Shown here: piece by piece, positions 12,568-26,913 of the stretch
Layout of the letters: each line of letters begins with the position of its first letter
Numbering within the stretch: the stretch's first letter is position 1
Assembly (NCBI RefSeq): GCF_009914755.1
Contig: NC_060943.1
Length of the DNA: 64,000 nucleotides
Reading direction: 5' to 3' (one strand)
DNA from: the human T2T-CHM13v2.0 reference genome, Homo sapiens
Translations under genes and position numbers: made by a program
Notes under the pieces: model-generated
The model's database searches: none
What the model saw: the letters and a program-made list of their open reading frames with translations, nothing else
What the model was told of the DNA's origin: nothing

Positions 12568-12690
12568 ACTCGATGTTGGATGCTCCCATCGGGACTGTGT
12601 GTCCCTGTACTGGAACTCGAGTGAACACTTGGCTCTAAGTTCATTGCTGTTTTCTAGAAATCCAGCCCAATTCTCTTGGTTAAATATAAG
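12568..12690 (+). other. Repeated 123-nt exon
   Basis: CGTAG| ... AAG|GTGCAC (weak donor). Confidence 0.7.
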
Positions 12691-12935
12691 GTGCACGTAG
12701 TAGGCATTGCTTTTTCTTTCTGGAGACAAAACTCAGGAGGATTGCCCCTTGATGAACAAAGCTAACCTGCTGAGACTTTGAAGCAAGGAACTGGAGATGG
12801 TCCTTTTAAGGGTTTATATTCTGGATTCCAGAAAATGTGCAAACAGGGCCAATAAATGCATCTTTATTTTTGTGTCCATTTTAACCTAGTCAAAGAAAAT
12901 TACAACAAAAAATCCACAGTGCTGGAGCAAGAAGA

Positions 12936-13020
12936 TCTCATGATGTGACCATCTGGAGGTAAGAAGCACTTTGTGTTTTGTGAAAGAAAGTGCTTCCTTT
13001 CAGAGGGTTACTCTTTGAGA
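12936..13020 (+). ncRNA. MIR516B2: pre-miR-516b-2
   Basis: 5p ATCTGGAGGTAAGAAGCACTTT; short-loop version. Confidence 0.94.
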
Positions 13021-13663
13021 AAAGCAGCATTGAAGTTGATGCTGATCTTGGTAATACATTTGAAGAGCATGCTTATCATCAGACTTGGATGATCTTGGGG
13101 TTTTGTTTTTTTCTAAGACAGGGTGTCTGTAGCCCAGGCTCGAGTGCGGTGGCACTTCCAACCTAGATCTCTTGGGCTCAACAAGTAGCCCTCTTTTTCG
13201 GACAGAGTCTCGCGCTGTGACCCTAGCTGGAGTGCAGTGGCAGGAACTTGGCTCACTGCCACCTCTGCCTCCTGGGTTCAAGCAATTCTCCTGCCTCAGC
13301 CTCCCGAGCAGGGTTATAGGCATGTGCCACCACACCTGGCTAATTTTTGCATTTTATTATCGATTGATTGATTGATTGTTGAGACAGAGTCTCACTCTGT
13401 TGCCCAGGCTGTAGTGCAGTGGTGTGATCTCGGCTCACTGCAACCTCCACCTCCCACCTCAGCCTTCTGAATACCTGTCTACAGGCATGCACCACCACAC
13501 CTCGCCAACTTTTGTGTTTTTTGTACAGATGAGGTTTCACCATGTTGCCCAGGCTGGTCTTGAACCCCTGAGCTCAAGTGATCCTCCCACCTCGGCCTCC
13601 TAAAGTGTGAGTCACTATGTCCCGCCCTACTTGTGTGTTTCTGCTTACATTTTATTGAGGCGA

Positions 13664-13952
<289 letters not shown>

Positions 13953-14037
13953 TATTGAGGCGCTTTTACAACATAGCCTGTGGTCTATCCTGGGGAATGT
14001 TTGTGTGTGTGACAATGTATATTCTTAGACATCTTAG

Positions 14038-14160
14038 ATTCCATTTTGGATGCTCCCATCGGTACTATGTGTTCCTATATAGGAACTCAAGTGAACACTT
14101 GGCTTAAAATCCATTGCTCTTGTCTAGAAATTTAGCCCAGTTATCTTGGTTAAAGATAAG
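14038..14160 (+). other. Repeated 123-nt exon
   Basis: CTTAG| ... AAG|GTGTGT. Confidence 0.72.
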
Positions 14161-14415
14161 GTGTGTCTGGTAGGCATTGATTTTTCTTTCCGGAGAAAAA
14201 ACTTAGGAGGATTTCCTCTTGATGAACAAGGCTAGCCTGCTGAGCCTTTGAGGCATGGGACCTGGAGATGATCCTGTGAGGGGTTTATGTTTTTGGATTC
14301 AGGAAACACACCAGCAGGACAAATAATTGCATCTTTATTTTTGTGTCTATTTTCACCAGGCTAAGGAAGATTCCAACAACATATCCATGGTGCTGAAGTA
14401 AGAAGATCTCGTGCT

Positions 14416-14480
14416 GTGACCCTCTAGAGGGAAGCACTTTCTGTTGAAAGAAAAGAACATGCATCCTTTCAGAGGGTTAC
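14416..14480 (+). ncRNA. MIR526A2: pre-miR-526a-2
   Basis: 5p CTCTAGAGGGAAGCACTTTCTG; 3' arm AACATGCATCCTTTCAGAGGGT. Confidence 0.94.
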
Positions 14481-15475
14481 TCTTTGAGAAGAGCAACGTT
14501 TAGTTTGATGTTGATCTTGGTAGTACATTTGCAGAGCATGCTTTTATCATCAGACTTGGCTGATGGTGGTGTTCTGTTTTTTGTTGTTGTTTTCTACAAC
14601 AGGATGTCTGTTGCCCAGGCTAGGGTGTGGTGGCACTTACAACCTAGATCTCTAGGGCTCAAATGGTCCTCTTATTTGGGGCAGAGTCTTGCTCTGTGAT
14701 CCAGGCTGGAGTGCAGTGGCAGGAACTCTGCTCACTGCAACCTCCGCCTCCCGGGTTCAAGTGATTTTCCTGCCTTGGTTTTCTGAGTAGGTGGGATTAC
14801 AGGCGCACACCACCACACCCAGCTAGTATTTGTAGTTTTCTTTATTATTCTTTTTTTTATTTTAATTTTTGAGACGAAGTCTCGCTGTTGCCTACGGTGG
14901 AGTGCAGTGGCGTGATCTCGGCTCTCTACAACGTCTGCCTCCCAGGTTCAAGCAATTCTGCTGCCTCAGCCTCCCGAGTAGCTGGAATCAACAGGAACAC
15001 ACCACCATGCCTGGCTACTTTTTGGATTTTTTTTTAGTAGAGACGGAGTTTCACCATGTTGGCCAGGCTGGTCTCAAACTCCTGACCTCATGTGAGCCAC
15101 CCACCTCGGCCTTCCAAAGTGCTGGAATTACAGGCATGAACCACGACGTCTGGCCTAATTTTTGTATTTTTAGAAGAGACAGGGTTTCACCATGTTGGCC
15201 AGGCTGGTCTCAGCTCCTGACCTCAAGTGATCCTCCCCCTCGGCCTCCCAAAGTGCTGGGATTACAGGCGTGAGCCACCTCGCCCAGCCTCAAGTGGTCC
15301 TCTTGACTCAGCCTCCCATGTAGTTGGGACTACATGGGGCGTGCCACCACACTTGGCTAAGTTTTTAATTTTTCATACAGATATGATCTCTGTTGCTCAG
15401 GAAGGTCTCAACACCTGAGCTCAAGGATTCCACAGGCGTGAGCCACATTCTCCTGCTGACCCTTTTCAAAGATAG

Positions 15476-15775
<300 letters not shown>

Positions 15776-15909
15776 TAGAGACAGGTTTTCACCATGTTGG
15801 TCAGGCTGGTCTCGAACTCCTGATTTCAGGTGATCCACCTGCCTCAGCCTCCCAAAGAGCTGGGATTATAGGCGTTAGCCTATGCGCCCGGTCTGTATTT
15901 CCTAATTTT

Positions 15910-15996
15910 AAATATGGGACCCATGGTGAATTTGGGTGTCACTGTGTACAGGGGACATGGGAATCTCTGTCATTCCAATTTTTTTAATGCATGCTG
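15910..15996 (-). pseudogene. Degenerate, 5'-truncated U6 copy
   Basis: AAATATGGGAC...GAATTTGGGTGTCA...TCTCTGTCATTCCAATTTT. Confidence 0.75.
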
Positions 15997-16620
15997 TTCT
16001 GTGTAGGAATTATTCTTCCTGTGAGCAAACAACATAGAGAGCTTTCTTTTTTTGACACCGGGTCTCAAAAATATATCATATACATTTTATTATAATGTCT
16101 GATATTGATAATATAATCATACACACACAAAATACTCTTCTGTACACAGAGAATACTGATATCACTTTGGGGTTTTTTTGTTTGCGTGCGTTTTTTGGGA
16201 TTTTGGGGTGTTTTTTTTTTTTTTTTTGAGACAACATCTGGCTCTGTTGCCCATGCTGGAGTGCAGTGGTGCAATTGGCTCCCTGCAACCTCCACCTCCC
16301 ACCTCCCACTTCAGCCTCCTAAAGAGCTGAATACAGGCATGCACCACCACACCTGACTAACTTTTGTATTTTTTGTACACACAGGGTTTACCATGTTTCC
16401 CAGGCTGGACTGGAACTCCAGAGCTCAAGTGATCCTCCCGACTTGGCCTCCTTAAGTACTGCAGTTAGAGGTATGAGCCGCCGAGACCCACCGTACTTGT
16501 GTTTTTCTATTCAAATATTATTGAGGAGCTTTTATGGCCTAACCTGTGGTCTATCCTGGAGGTTGTTTGTGCGTACAATACATAGTCTTCAATATCTTTT
16601 TTTTTTTTTTCATTTTTTGA

Positions 16621-16725
<105 letters not shown>

Positions 16726-16969
16726 TGAGTAGCTGGGATTACAGGCACCCGCCACCATGCCTAGCTAAGTTTGTATTTTCAGTAGAGACGGGCTTCTCCA
16801 TGTTGGTCAGGCTGGGCTCAGACTCCTGACCTCAGGTGATCCGCCCGCCTCGGCCTCCCAAAGTGCCGGGATTACAGGCGTGAGCCACCGCGCCCAGTCA
16901 TCATATATTCTTATCATATATATAGTAGGATGTTTGTGTATATAACAATGTACATTTTCAACATTGTAG

Positions 16970-17092
16970 ATTCCATTTTGGATGCTCCCATTGGGACTGT
17001 GTGTCCCTGTGCTGGAACTCAAGTGAACACTTGGCTCAAAATCCATTGCTGTTCTCTAGAAATCCAGCCCAATTCTCTTGGTTAAATATAAG
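16970..17092 (+). other. Repeated 123-nt exon
   Basis: TGTAG| ... AAG|GTATGT. Confidence 0.78.
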
Positions 17093-17331
17093 GTATGTGT
17101 AGTAGGCATTGCTCTTTCTCTTTAGAGACAAAGCTCAGGATTGCCCCTTGATGAACAAGGCTAACCTGCTGATTCTTTGAAGCAAGGAACTGGAGATGGT
17201 CCTTTTAGTGGTTTATGTTCTGGATTCCAGAAAACATGCAAACAGGGCCAATACATGCATCTTTACTTTTGTGTCCATTTTAACCCGGTGAAGGAAAATT
17301 CCAACAAAAAACCCACAATGCTGGAGCAAGA

Positions 17332-17419
17332 TCTCAGGCTGTGACCCTCTAGAGGGAAGCGCTTTCTGTTGGCTAAAAGAAAAGAAAGCGCTTCCCTTCA
17401 GAGTGTTAACGCTTTGAGA
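17332..17419 (+). ncRNA. MIR518E: pre-miR-518e
   Basis: 3p AAAGCGCTTCCCTTCAGAGTG. Confidence 0.95.
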
Positions 17420-17570
17420 AAAGCAACGTTGATCTTGGTAATACACTTGCAGAGAATGCTTATAATCAACCATGGAAGGTGGTGGGGTTTTGTGTTTGTT
17501 TGTTTTGTTTTGTTTTCTAAGACAGGGTGTCTGTTGCCCAGGCTGGAGTGTGGCGGCCCCTCCAACCTAG

Positions 17571-17858
<288 letters not shown>

Positions 17859-18131
17859 TGAATTAGTATCTACAGGCATGTACCACCATACCTGGCTAAC
17901 TTTTGTATTTTTACAGATGAGGTTTTACCATGTTTCCCGGGCTGGTGTCTAACTCCTGAGCTCAAGTGATCCTCCTGCCTTGGCCTACGTAAGTGCTGCG
18001 GTTAGAGGTGTGAGCCACCGCGCCCCACCTGCCCTTGTGTATCTCTGTTCAAATGTTACTGAGAAGCATTTACGGGATAATGCCCGGAGGATGTTTGTGT
18101 GTGTGACAGTGTACATTCTTCAACATCTTAG

Positions 18132-18254
18132 ATTCCATTTTGGATGCTCCCCTCGGGACTGTGTGTCTCTGTCCTGGAATTCAAGTGAACACCTGGCTCT
18201 CCATCCATTGCTGTTCTCTAGAAATCCAGCCCAATTCTCTTGGTTAAATATAAG
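18132..18254 (+). other. Repeated 123-nt exon
   Basis: CTTAG| ... AAG|GTAGGT. Confidence 0.78.
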
Positions 18255-18499
18255 GTAGGTGTAGTAGGCATTGCTTTTTCTCTTTGGGGACAAAACTCAG
18301 GAGGATTGCCCCTTGATGAACAAGGCTAACCTGCTGATTCTTTGAAGCAAAGAACTGGAGATGGTCCTTTTAGGGGTTTTTATTCAGGATTCCAGAAAAC
18401 ATGCAAACAGGGCCAAAAATTGCATCTTTATTTTTGTGTCCATTTTGACCTGGTCAAGGAAAATTTCAACAAGAAACCCAGAGTGCCGGAGCAAGAAGA

Positions 18500-18584
18500 T
18501 CTCAAGCTGTGACTGCAAAGGGAAGCCCTTTCTGTTGTCTGAAAGAAGAGAAAGCGCTTCCCTTTGCTGGATTACGGTTTGAGA
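18500..18584 (+). ncRNA. MIR518A1: pre-miR-518a-1
   Basis: 5p CTGCAAAGGGAAGCCCTTTC; 3p GAAAGCGCTTCCCTTTGCTGGA. Confidence 0.95.
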
Positions 18585-18754
18585 AAAACAACACTGAAGC
18601 TGATGCCGATCGTGGTAATACATTTGCAGAGCATGCTTATCATCAGGCTTGGACAATGCCGGGGTTCTGTTTTCGGTTTTGCTTTTTTATTCTAAGACAG
18701 GATCTCTGTTGCCCAGGCTGGAGTGCAGTGACATGTCCAACCCAGGTCTCTTGA

Positions 18755-19185
<431 letters not shown>

Positions 19186-20476
19186 TGATCCACCCACCTC
19201 TGACTCCCAAATTTCTGGGATCACAGGTATGCGCCCCCATGCCTGGCCTAATTTTTGTATTTTTAGCAGAGACGTGGTTTCACCATGTTGGCCAGGCTGA
19301 ACTCAGCTCCTGACCTTAGGTGATCTGCCCGCCTGGGCCTCCCAAAGTGCTGAGAATACAGGCGTGAGCCACCGTGCCTGGCCATTAACACCTTTTGGTC
19401 CACGGAAATTATTCTGGCACTGGTTTATAGAACCTCGCTTGGGGTCAGGTAGAGTTGAAGGGGACCCCAATGTCCTTGCAGGTGGGATGTGCACTGCTTA
19501 GCAAGAACACGGAGGTGGAATGCATGGGGTTTGAGTTTTTATTGGAGAAATAAAGCCAAAATCTTGGGTGCATGACCAGGTCGTATATGCAACAATACGG
19601 GCGTCTCACTATGCCGCCCAGGCTAATGTGGGCTTAGATCCTCCTGCCTCTGCCCCTCCCCAGTCCTTAGTAGCTGGGACTACATGTGAATATTAACTCA
19701 CGTACAGGAAGAGGAAAGTAAGGACTGTTCTTTGATTCACGTCCCACCCCCAGTTAAATTTGTATTTTAGATAAACAATGTATTTGAGATGTACTTGAAC
19801 AACAAATGATTTGCTGTTTAGATGTGAGCATCTTTTTTTGCTCCTGATTTTAAACATAGGACAAGGTCAGGTATGGTGGCTCACGCCTGTAATTCCATCA
19901 TTTTGGTAGGCAGAGACAGGAGGATCACCTGAGGTCAGCTGCTTGAGACCAGCCTGGCCAACATGGTGAAACCCCATCTGTACTAAAAATACAAAAATTA
20001 GCCATGCGTGGTTGTGCTGCACGCCTGTAATCCCAGCTACTCAGGAGGATGAGGCAGGAGAATCGCTTGAAGCCGGGAGGCAGAGGTTGCAGTGAGCTGA
20101 GATCGCGCCAGTGAACTACAGCCTGGGCAAAAGAATAAGATTCAATCTCAAAAAAATAAAAAATAGGCCAGGCACGGTGGCACACACCTGTAATGCTAGC
20201 ACTTTTGGAGGTCGAGACGGGGGCATCACCTCAGGTCAGGAGTTGAAGACCAGCTGCGGCATCACGGCAAAGCCTCATCTCTACGAAAAATACAAAAATT
20301 AGCCAGGTGCAGTGGCAGGTGCCTGTAATACCAGCTACTCGGGAGACCAAGGCAGGAGAATCGTTCCAACTGGGCGGCAGAGGTTGCAGTGAGCCAAGAT
20401 CGTGCCACTGCACTGCAGCCTGTCGACAGAGTAAGACTTGGTCTAAAAAAAAAAAATAAATAAATAAATAAAAGAT

Positions 20477-20577
20477 AAATATGGAACCATCATGAATTTG
20501 GGTGTCACCTCTGTGTGGGGGCCAGGGTAATCTCTGTCAATCCAATTTTTTTTTATGTGCACCAGCAAAGCAAGCAC
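20477..20577 (-). pseudogene. Degenerate U6 snRNA copy
   Basis: AAATATGGAAC...GGGGCCAGGGTAATC...AAGCAAGCAC. Confidence 0.83.
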
Positions 20578-20593
20578 TTATGTTTAGGTATTA

Positions 20594-20896
<303 letters not shown>

Positions 20897-21046
20897 TTAC
20901 TCATATCACTATGAGATTGTTTTTTGTTCTTGTGTGTGTGGTTTTTGTTTGTTTTTGAGACAAGGTCTGGCTCTGTCACCCAGGCAAAAGTGTAGTAGTG
21001 CGATCTCGGCTTACTGTAACCTCCATCTCCCACCTATGCGTCCTGA

Positions 21047-21261
<215 letters not shown>

Positions 21262-21406
21262 TAGATACAGGTTTCCCCATGCTTGTCAGGCTGGTCTCCA
21301 ACTCCTGACCTCTAGTGATCCACCTGCCTCGGACTCCCAAATTGCTGGGATTACAGGCATGAGCTACCACACCCAGCCACCTGGCTAACTTTTGTAGTTT
21401 TTCTAC

Positions 21407-21499
21407 AGACTACAAAATGGTTTCACCATTTTACCTGAGACTACAAAATGGTTTCACCATTTTACCTGAGACTACAAAATGGTTTCACCATTTTACCTG
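21407..21499. repeat. Perfect 31-bp minisatellite x3
   Basis: AGACTACAAAATGGTTTCACCATTTTACCTG x3. Confidence 0.95.
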
Positions 21500-21633
21500 A
21501 GCTGGTCTCCAACACCTGAGCTAAAGTGATCCTCCTGCCTCGGCCTCATAAAATGTTGGGATTAGAGGTGTGAGCCACCGTGCCTCACCCGTACTTGTGT
21601 ATTTCTTTATTTTTATTGATTTATTTATTTTGA

Positions 21634-21909
<276 letters not shown>

Positions 21910-22002
21910 TAGCCTCAAGTGGTCCTCTTAAGTCAGCCTAAACTGTGGTCTATCCTGGAGGATGCTTGTGTGTGTGACAATTTATATTCTTCAACGTCTT
22001 AG

Positions 22003-22125
22003 ATTCTATTTTGGAGGCTCCCAAGGGGATTGTGTGTCCCTGTGCTGGAACTCAAGTGAACACTTGGCTGTACATCCATTGCTGTTCTCTAGAAATTCAG
22101 CCCAATTCTCTTGGTTAAAGATAAG
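22003..22125 (+). other. Repeated 123-nt exon
   Basis: CTTAG| ... AAG|GTATGT. Confidence 0.78.
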
Positions 22126-22370
22126 GTATGTGTAGTAGGCATTGCTTTTTCTTTCCAGAGACAAAACTCAGGAGGATTGCCCCTTGATGAGCAAGGCTAA
22201 CCTGCTGATTCTTTGAAGCAAAGAACCAGAGATGGTCCTTTTAGGGGTTTATGTTCTGGATTCCAGAAAACAGGCAAACAGGACCAATAAATATATTTTT
22301 ATTTTTCTATCCACTTTAACCTGGTCAAGGAAAATTCCAACAAGAAACCCAGAGTGCTGGAGTGAGAAGA

Positions 22371-22457
22371 TCCCATGCTGTGACCCTCTAGAGGGAAGCA
22401 CTTTCTGTTGTCTGAAAGAAACCAAAGCGCTTCCCTTTGGAGCGTTACGGTTTGAGA
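22371..22457 (+). ncRNA. MIR518D: pre-miR-518d
   Basis: 3p CAAAGCGCTTCCCTTTGGAGC. Confidence 0.95.
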
Positions 22458-22618
22458 AACTCAATGTTGAAGTTGATGCTGACTTCAGTAATACATTTGT
22501 AGAGGATGCTTATCATCAGACTTGGATGATATCGGGGTTCTGTGCTTTTTTTTTTTTTTTTCTCCTAAGACAAAATCTGTATTTTCCAGGCTGGAGTCCA
22601 TAAGCACTTCCAACCTAG

Positions 22619-22891
<273 letters not shown>

Positions 22892-23972
22892 TGACTACAA
22901 CCTGTACCTCTCAGGTTCAAGCAATTCTCCTGCCTCAGCCTCTGGAGTAGCTGGAATTACAGGAACACACCACCAGGCCCGGCTACTTTTTGTATTATTA
23001 TTATTATTATTATTTTTTTTTTTTTTCACTAAAGAGGGGGTTTCACCATGTTGTCCAGAGAATACAAGCATGAGCCACTGCGCAGCCATCAACACCTTTT
23101 ACTGCATGGAAATTATTCTGGCACTGGTATAGAACCTCACATGGGGTCAGGTGGAGTTGAGGGGACCTCAGTGTCCCTGCAGATGGGATGAGCAAGAGCA
23201 CGGAGGTGGAGTGCATGGGGCTTCAGTGTTTATTGGGGAAATGAAGCTGAAATCTTGGGTGCATGACCAGGAAATAAATGCATGAGACAGGGGTCTCACT
23301 GTGCCGCCCTGGCTAAAGTGGTCTTAGATCCTCCTGCCTCTGCCCCTCCCCAGTCCTAGGTAGATGGGACTACATGTGAATATTAACCCATGCACAGACA
23401 AGAAGAAAGTAAGGACTGTTATTTTGTTCGTACCCAGCCCCCAGTTAAATTTATCATATATATAATATATCATATATATAACATAATCATATACACACAA
23501 AATGCTGATTTGAATACAGAGAATACTCTGATATCACTTTGGGTATTTTTTGGTTTGTTTCTGTGTGTGTGTGTTTTATTTGTTTGGTTGGTTATTTTTG
23601 AGACAAGGTCTGGCTCTATCACCCAGGCTGGAGTGTAGTGGTGCGTTCTCAGCTCACTGCAACCTCCGCCTTCCACCTAAGCCTGCTGCATTAGTGTCTA
23701 CAGGCATGCACCACCACACCCGGCTCACTTTTGTATTTTTTGTACACATGGGGTTACACCATGTTGCCGGGGCTGGTCTCGAACTCCTGACCTCAGGTGA
23801 TTCTCCCGTCTTGGCCTCCTAAAGTGCTAGAATTAGAGGTGTGAGCCACCGTGCCCCACCTGTACTTGTGTATTTATGTTAAAATTGTGTTAAGGAGTTT
23901 TTATGACCAAGCCTGTGATCTATTCTGGAGAATATTTGTGCGTATGACAATGTATATTCTTCAACATCGTAG

Positions 23973-24093
23973 ATTCCATTTTGGATGCTCCCACTGGGAC
24001 TGTGTGCCTATACTGGAACTCAAGTGAACACTTGGCTCAAAATCCATTGCTGTTCTCTAGAAATCCAGCCCAATTCTCTTGGTTAAATATAAG
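23973..24093 (+). other. Repeated exon (121 nt)
   Basis: CGTAG| ... AAG|GTATGT. Confidence 0.78.
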
Positions 24094-24338
24094 GTATGTG
24101 TAGTAGGCATTGCTTTTTCTTTCTAGAGACAAAACTCAGGAGGATTGCCCCTTGATGAACAAGGTAACCTGCTGATTCTTTGAAACAAGAAACTGGAGAT
24201 GGTTCCTTTAGGGGTTTATGTTCTGGATTCCAGGAAACATGCAAACAGGGCCCACAAATGCATCTTTATGTTTGTGTCCATTTTAACCTGGTCGAAGAAC
24301 ATTCCAACAAAAAATCCACCATGCACCGAGCAAGAATA

Positions 24339-24428
24339 TCTCAGGCTGTGACCATCTGGAGGTAAGAAGCACTTTCTGTTTTGTGAAAGAAAAGAAAGTG
24401 CTTCCTTTCAGAGGGTTACTCTTTGAGA
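24339..24428 (+). ncRNA. MIR516B1: pre-miR-516b-1
   Basis: 5p ATCTGGAGGTAAGAAGCACTTT; 90-nt hairpin. Confidence 0.94.
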
Positions 24429-24637
24429 AAAGCAACGTTGAAGTTGATGCTGATCTTGGTAATACATTTGGAGAGCATGCTTATCATCAGACGTGGATGA
24501 CGGTTGGGTTTTGTTTTTGTTTTATTTTTTATCTTAGGCAGGGTCTCTGTTGCCCAGGCTGGAGTGTGTTGGCACTTCCAACCTAGATCTCTTGGTCTTA
24601 AATGGTCCTCTTTTTGGGGGGCGGAGTCTCACTCTGA

Positions 24638-24805
<168 letters not shown>

Positions 24806-25095
24806 TGAGAAGGAGTCTCGCTGTCGCCCAGGCTGGAGTGCAGCTGCACAATCTCAGCTCACTGCAACTTCTGCCACTGGAGTAACTGGGATTTCAGGTG
24901 CGTGCCACCACACTTGGCCAATTTTTTATGTGTGTATTTTTAGACCCGGGGTTTTCCCATGTTGGCCAGGCTGGTCTGGAACTCCTGACCTCAGGTGACC
25001 CATGCACCTCGGCCTCCCAGAGTGCTGGGATTACAGGCATCAGCCACCGCACCCGGCCCTGTCTCTGACTTTTGCGAACTGAGGAAGTAACCTTT

Positions 25096-25322
25096 TGAAA
25101 TTTACTCTGAAGTGTGAATGATTTTAGCATATTTTCAACCACCAACATTCTAGTTCAGGAGATTTTCATCACCCCAAAGAGGCTTATTCCCATTTGCAGT
25201 CAGTTCCCACCCCACTCTTCCACCCAGACCGTGACAAACACTTTGCATCTCTCTAGCTCTGGATCTGCCTCTTGTGGGCATGTCACATAGATCAGTTTTG
25301 AATAGGTGGCCTGTTGTGACCA
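25096..25322 (-). mobile_element. Ancient L1M 3'UTR fragment
   Basis: ATTTTCATCACCCCAAA...CCCATTTGCAGTCA...GGATCTGCCT typical of L1MB/MC 3' ends. Confidence 0.65.
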
Positions 25323-26044
25323 CTGTAATTGAGGATAATGGGTTGGTCCTGGTTGTCTGCAGTGTGAATCTTACCACTGAAGGGTGGTCCCTGGATGGAA
25401 GCAGGAGGCTGGGAGAACTGGGCGGAACATCCTTTGGGAATGGAGTCGGGCGGGCAGACCCTGATGCCTGGGAAGCTCACAAGGGTGGAAGACCACATCT
25501 TCCTCCCTGAGAACTGCAAGGTGACCCTCCTGGGGTACTGGAAGGAGTGAAGGCCTCTGGACTGGGAACACCAGGGCATTGCACCGGTGCAGGCAGGATG
25601 AGCCAAGGGGAACGGAGAGCCAGGCATCGCTAACTGGCGACAATTTGGGTTTGATCTGGACGGAGTCTGTGTCTTCTGGTAGAGAGAACCCCTGGGATTT
25701 TCGCTCTGCTCCTGGCTGTCTTTCAGTCATGGAATCTGATGACAAAGACTCCCGCCCAGAGCCAAGACATTTGGTTTCTGGACCCCAGTGGTCCTTTCTG
25801 CCTGGACTTGGGATCTTTTGGGGAAGTTTGGGATCTGGCAGGGCATCTGCATAATCCATAGAAATCCCTGAGAGTCCCTTCCCTTTGCTGACATCTCCAT
25901 GTTCCTACCTATTAGCTTCCAAAGGAGACTCCTATCTGAATTGCCGAAGGCAGCTTCCCAGGCCAGGGATACCCAGTTAAATTTGTATTTCAGATCAATA
26001 GTATATTTCAGATGTACTTGAACAAGAAATGATTTGCTGTTTAG

Positions 26045-26251
<207 letters not shown>

Positions 26252-26460
26252 TAGTGGAGATGGGGGTTCACCATGTTAGCCAGGCTGGTCTCAAACTCCT
26301 GACCTCAAGTGATTTCCCTGCATCGGCCTCCCAAAGTGCTGGGATTATAGGCATGAGCCTCCACGCCTAGCCTCAAGTGGTCCTCTTGAGTCAACCTAGA
26401 CTACAGTCTATGCTAGAGAATGTTTGTGTGTGTGACAATGTATGTTCTTGAACATCATAG

Positions 26461-26582
26461 ATTCCACTTTGGATGCTCCTGTCGGGACTGTGTGTCCCTG
26501 TGCTGGAACTCAAGTGAGAGTTGGCTGAAAATCCATTGCTGTTCTCTAGAAATCCAGCCCAAGTCTCTTGGTTAGAGATAAG
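26461..26582 (+). other. Repeated exon (122 nt)
   Basis: CATAG| ... AAG|GTATGT. Confidence 0.76.
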
Positions 26583-26826
26583 GTATGTCTAGTGGGCATT
26601 GCTTTTTCTTTTTGGGGACAAAACTCAGAAGGATTGCCCCTTGATGAACAAGGCTAACCTGCTGATTCTTTGAAGGAAGGAACTGGAGATGGTCTTTTAG
26701 GGGTTTATATTCTGGATTCCAGAAAACTTGCAAACAGGGCCAATACATGCATCTTTATATTTGTGTCCGTTTTGAACTGGTTAAGGAAAATTTCAACAAG
26801 AAACCCAGAGTGCCGGAGCAAGAAGA

Positions 26827-26913
26827 TCTCAAGCTGTGGGTCTGCAAAGGGAAGCCCTTTCTGTTGTCTAAAAGAAGAGAAAGCGCTTCCCTTTGCTGGA
26901 TTACGGTTTGAGA
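26827..26913 (+). ncRNA. MIR518A2: pre-miR-518a-2
   Basis: Same mature arms as 518a-1; 5' TCTCAAGCTGTGGGTCTGC. Confidence 0.95.

Noticed and set aside
16543-16600. Additional exon copy
   Set aside because: Only the upstream intronic stub is present, followed by an Alu; the exon itself begins at 16970
21407-21499. 31-bp palindromic repeat as a mini-CRISPR
   Set aside because: Head-to-tail with no spacers, and derived from Alu sequence
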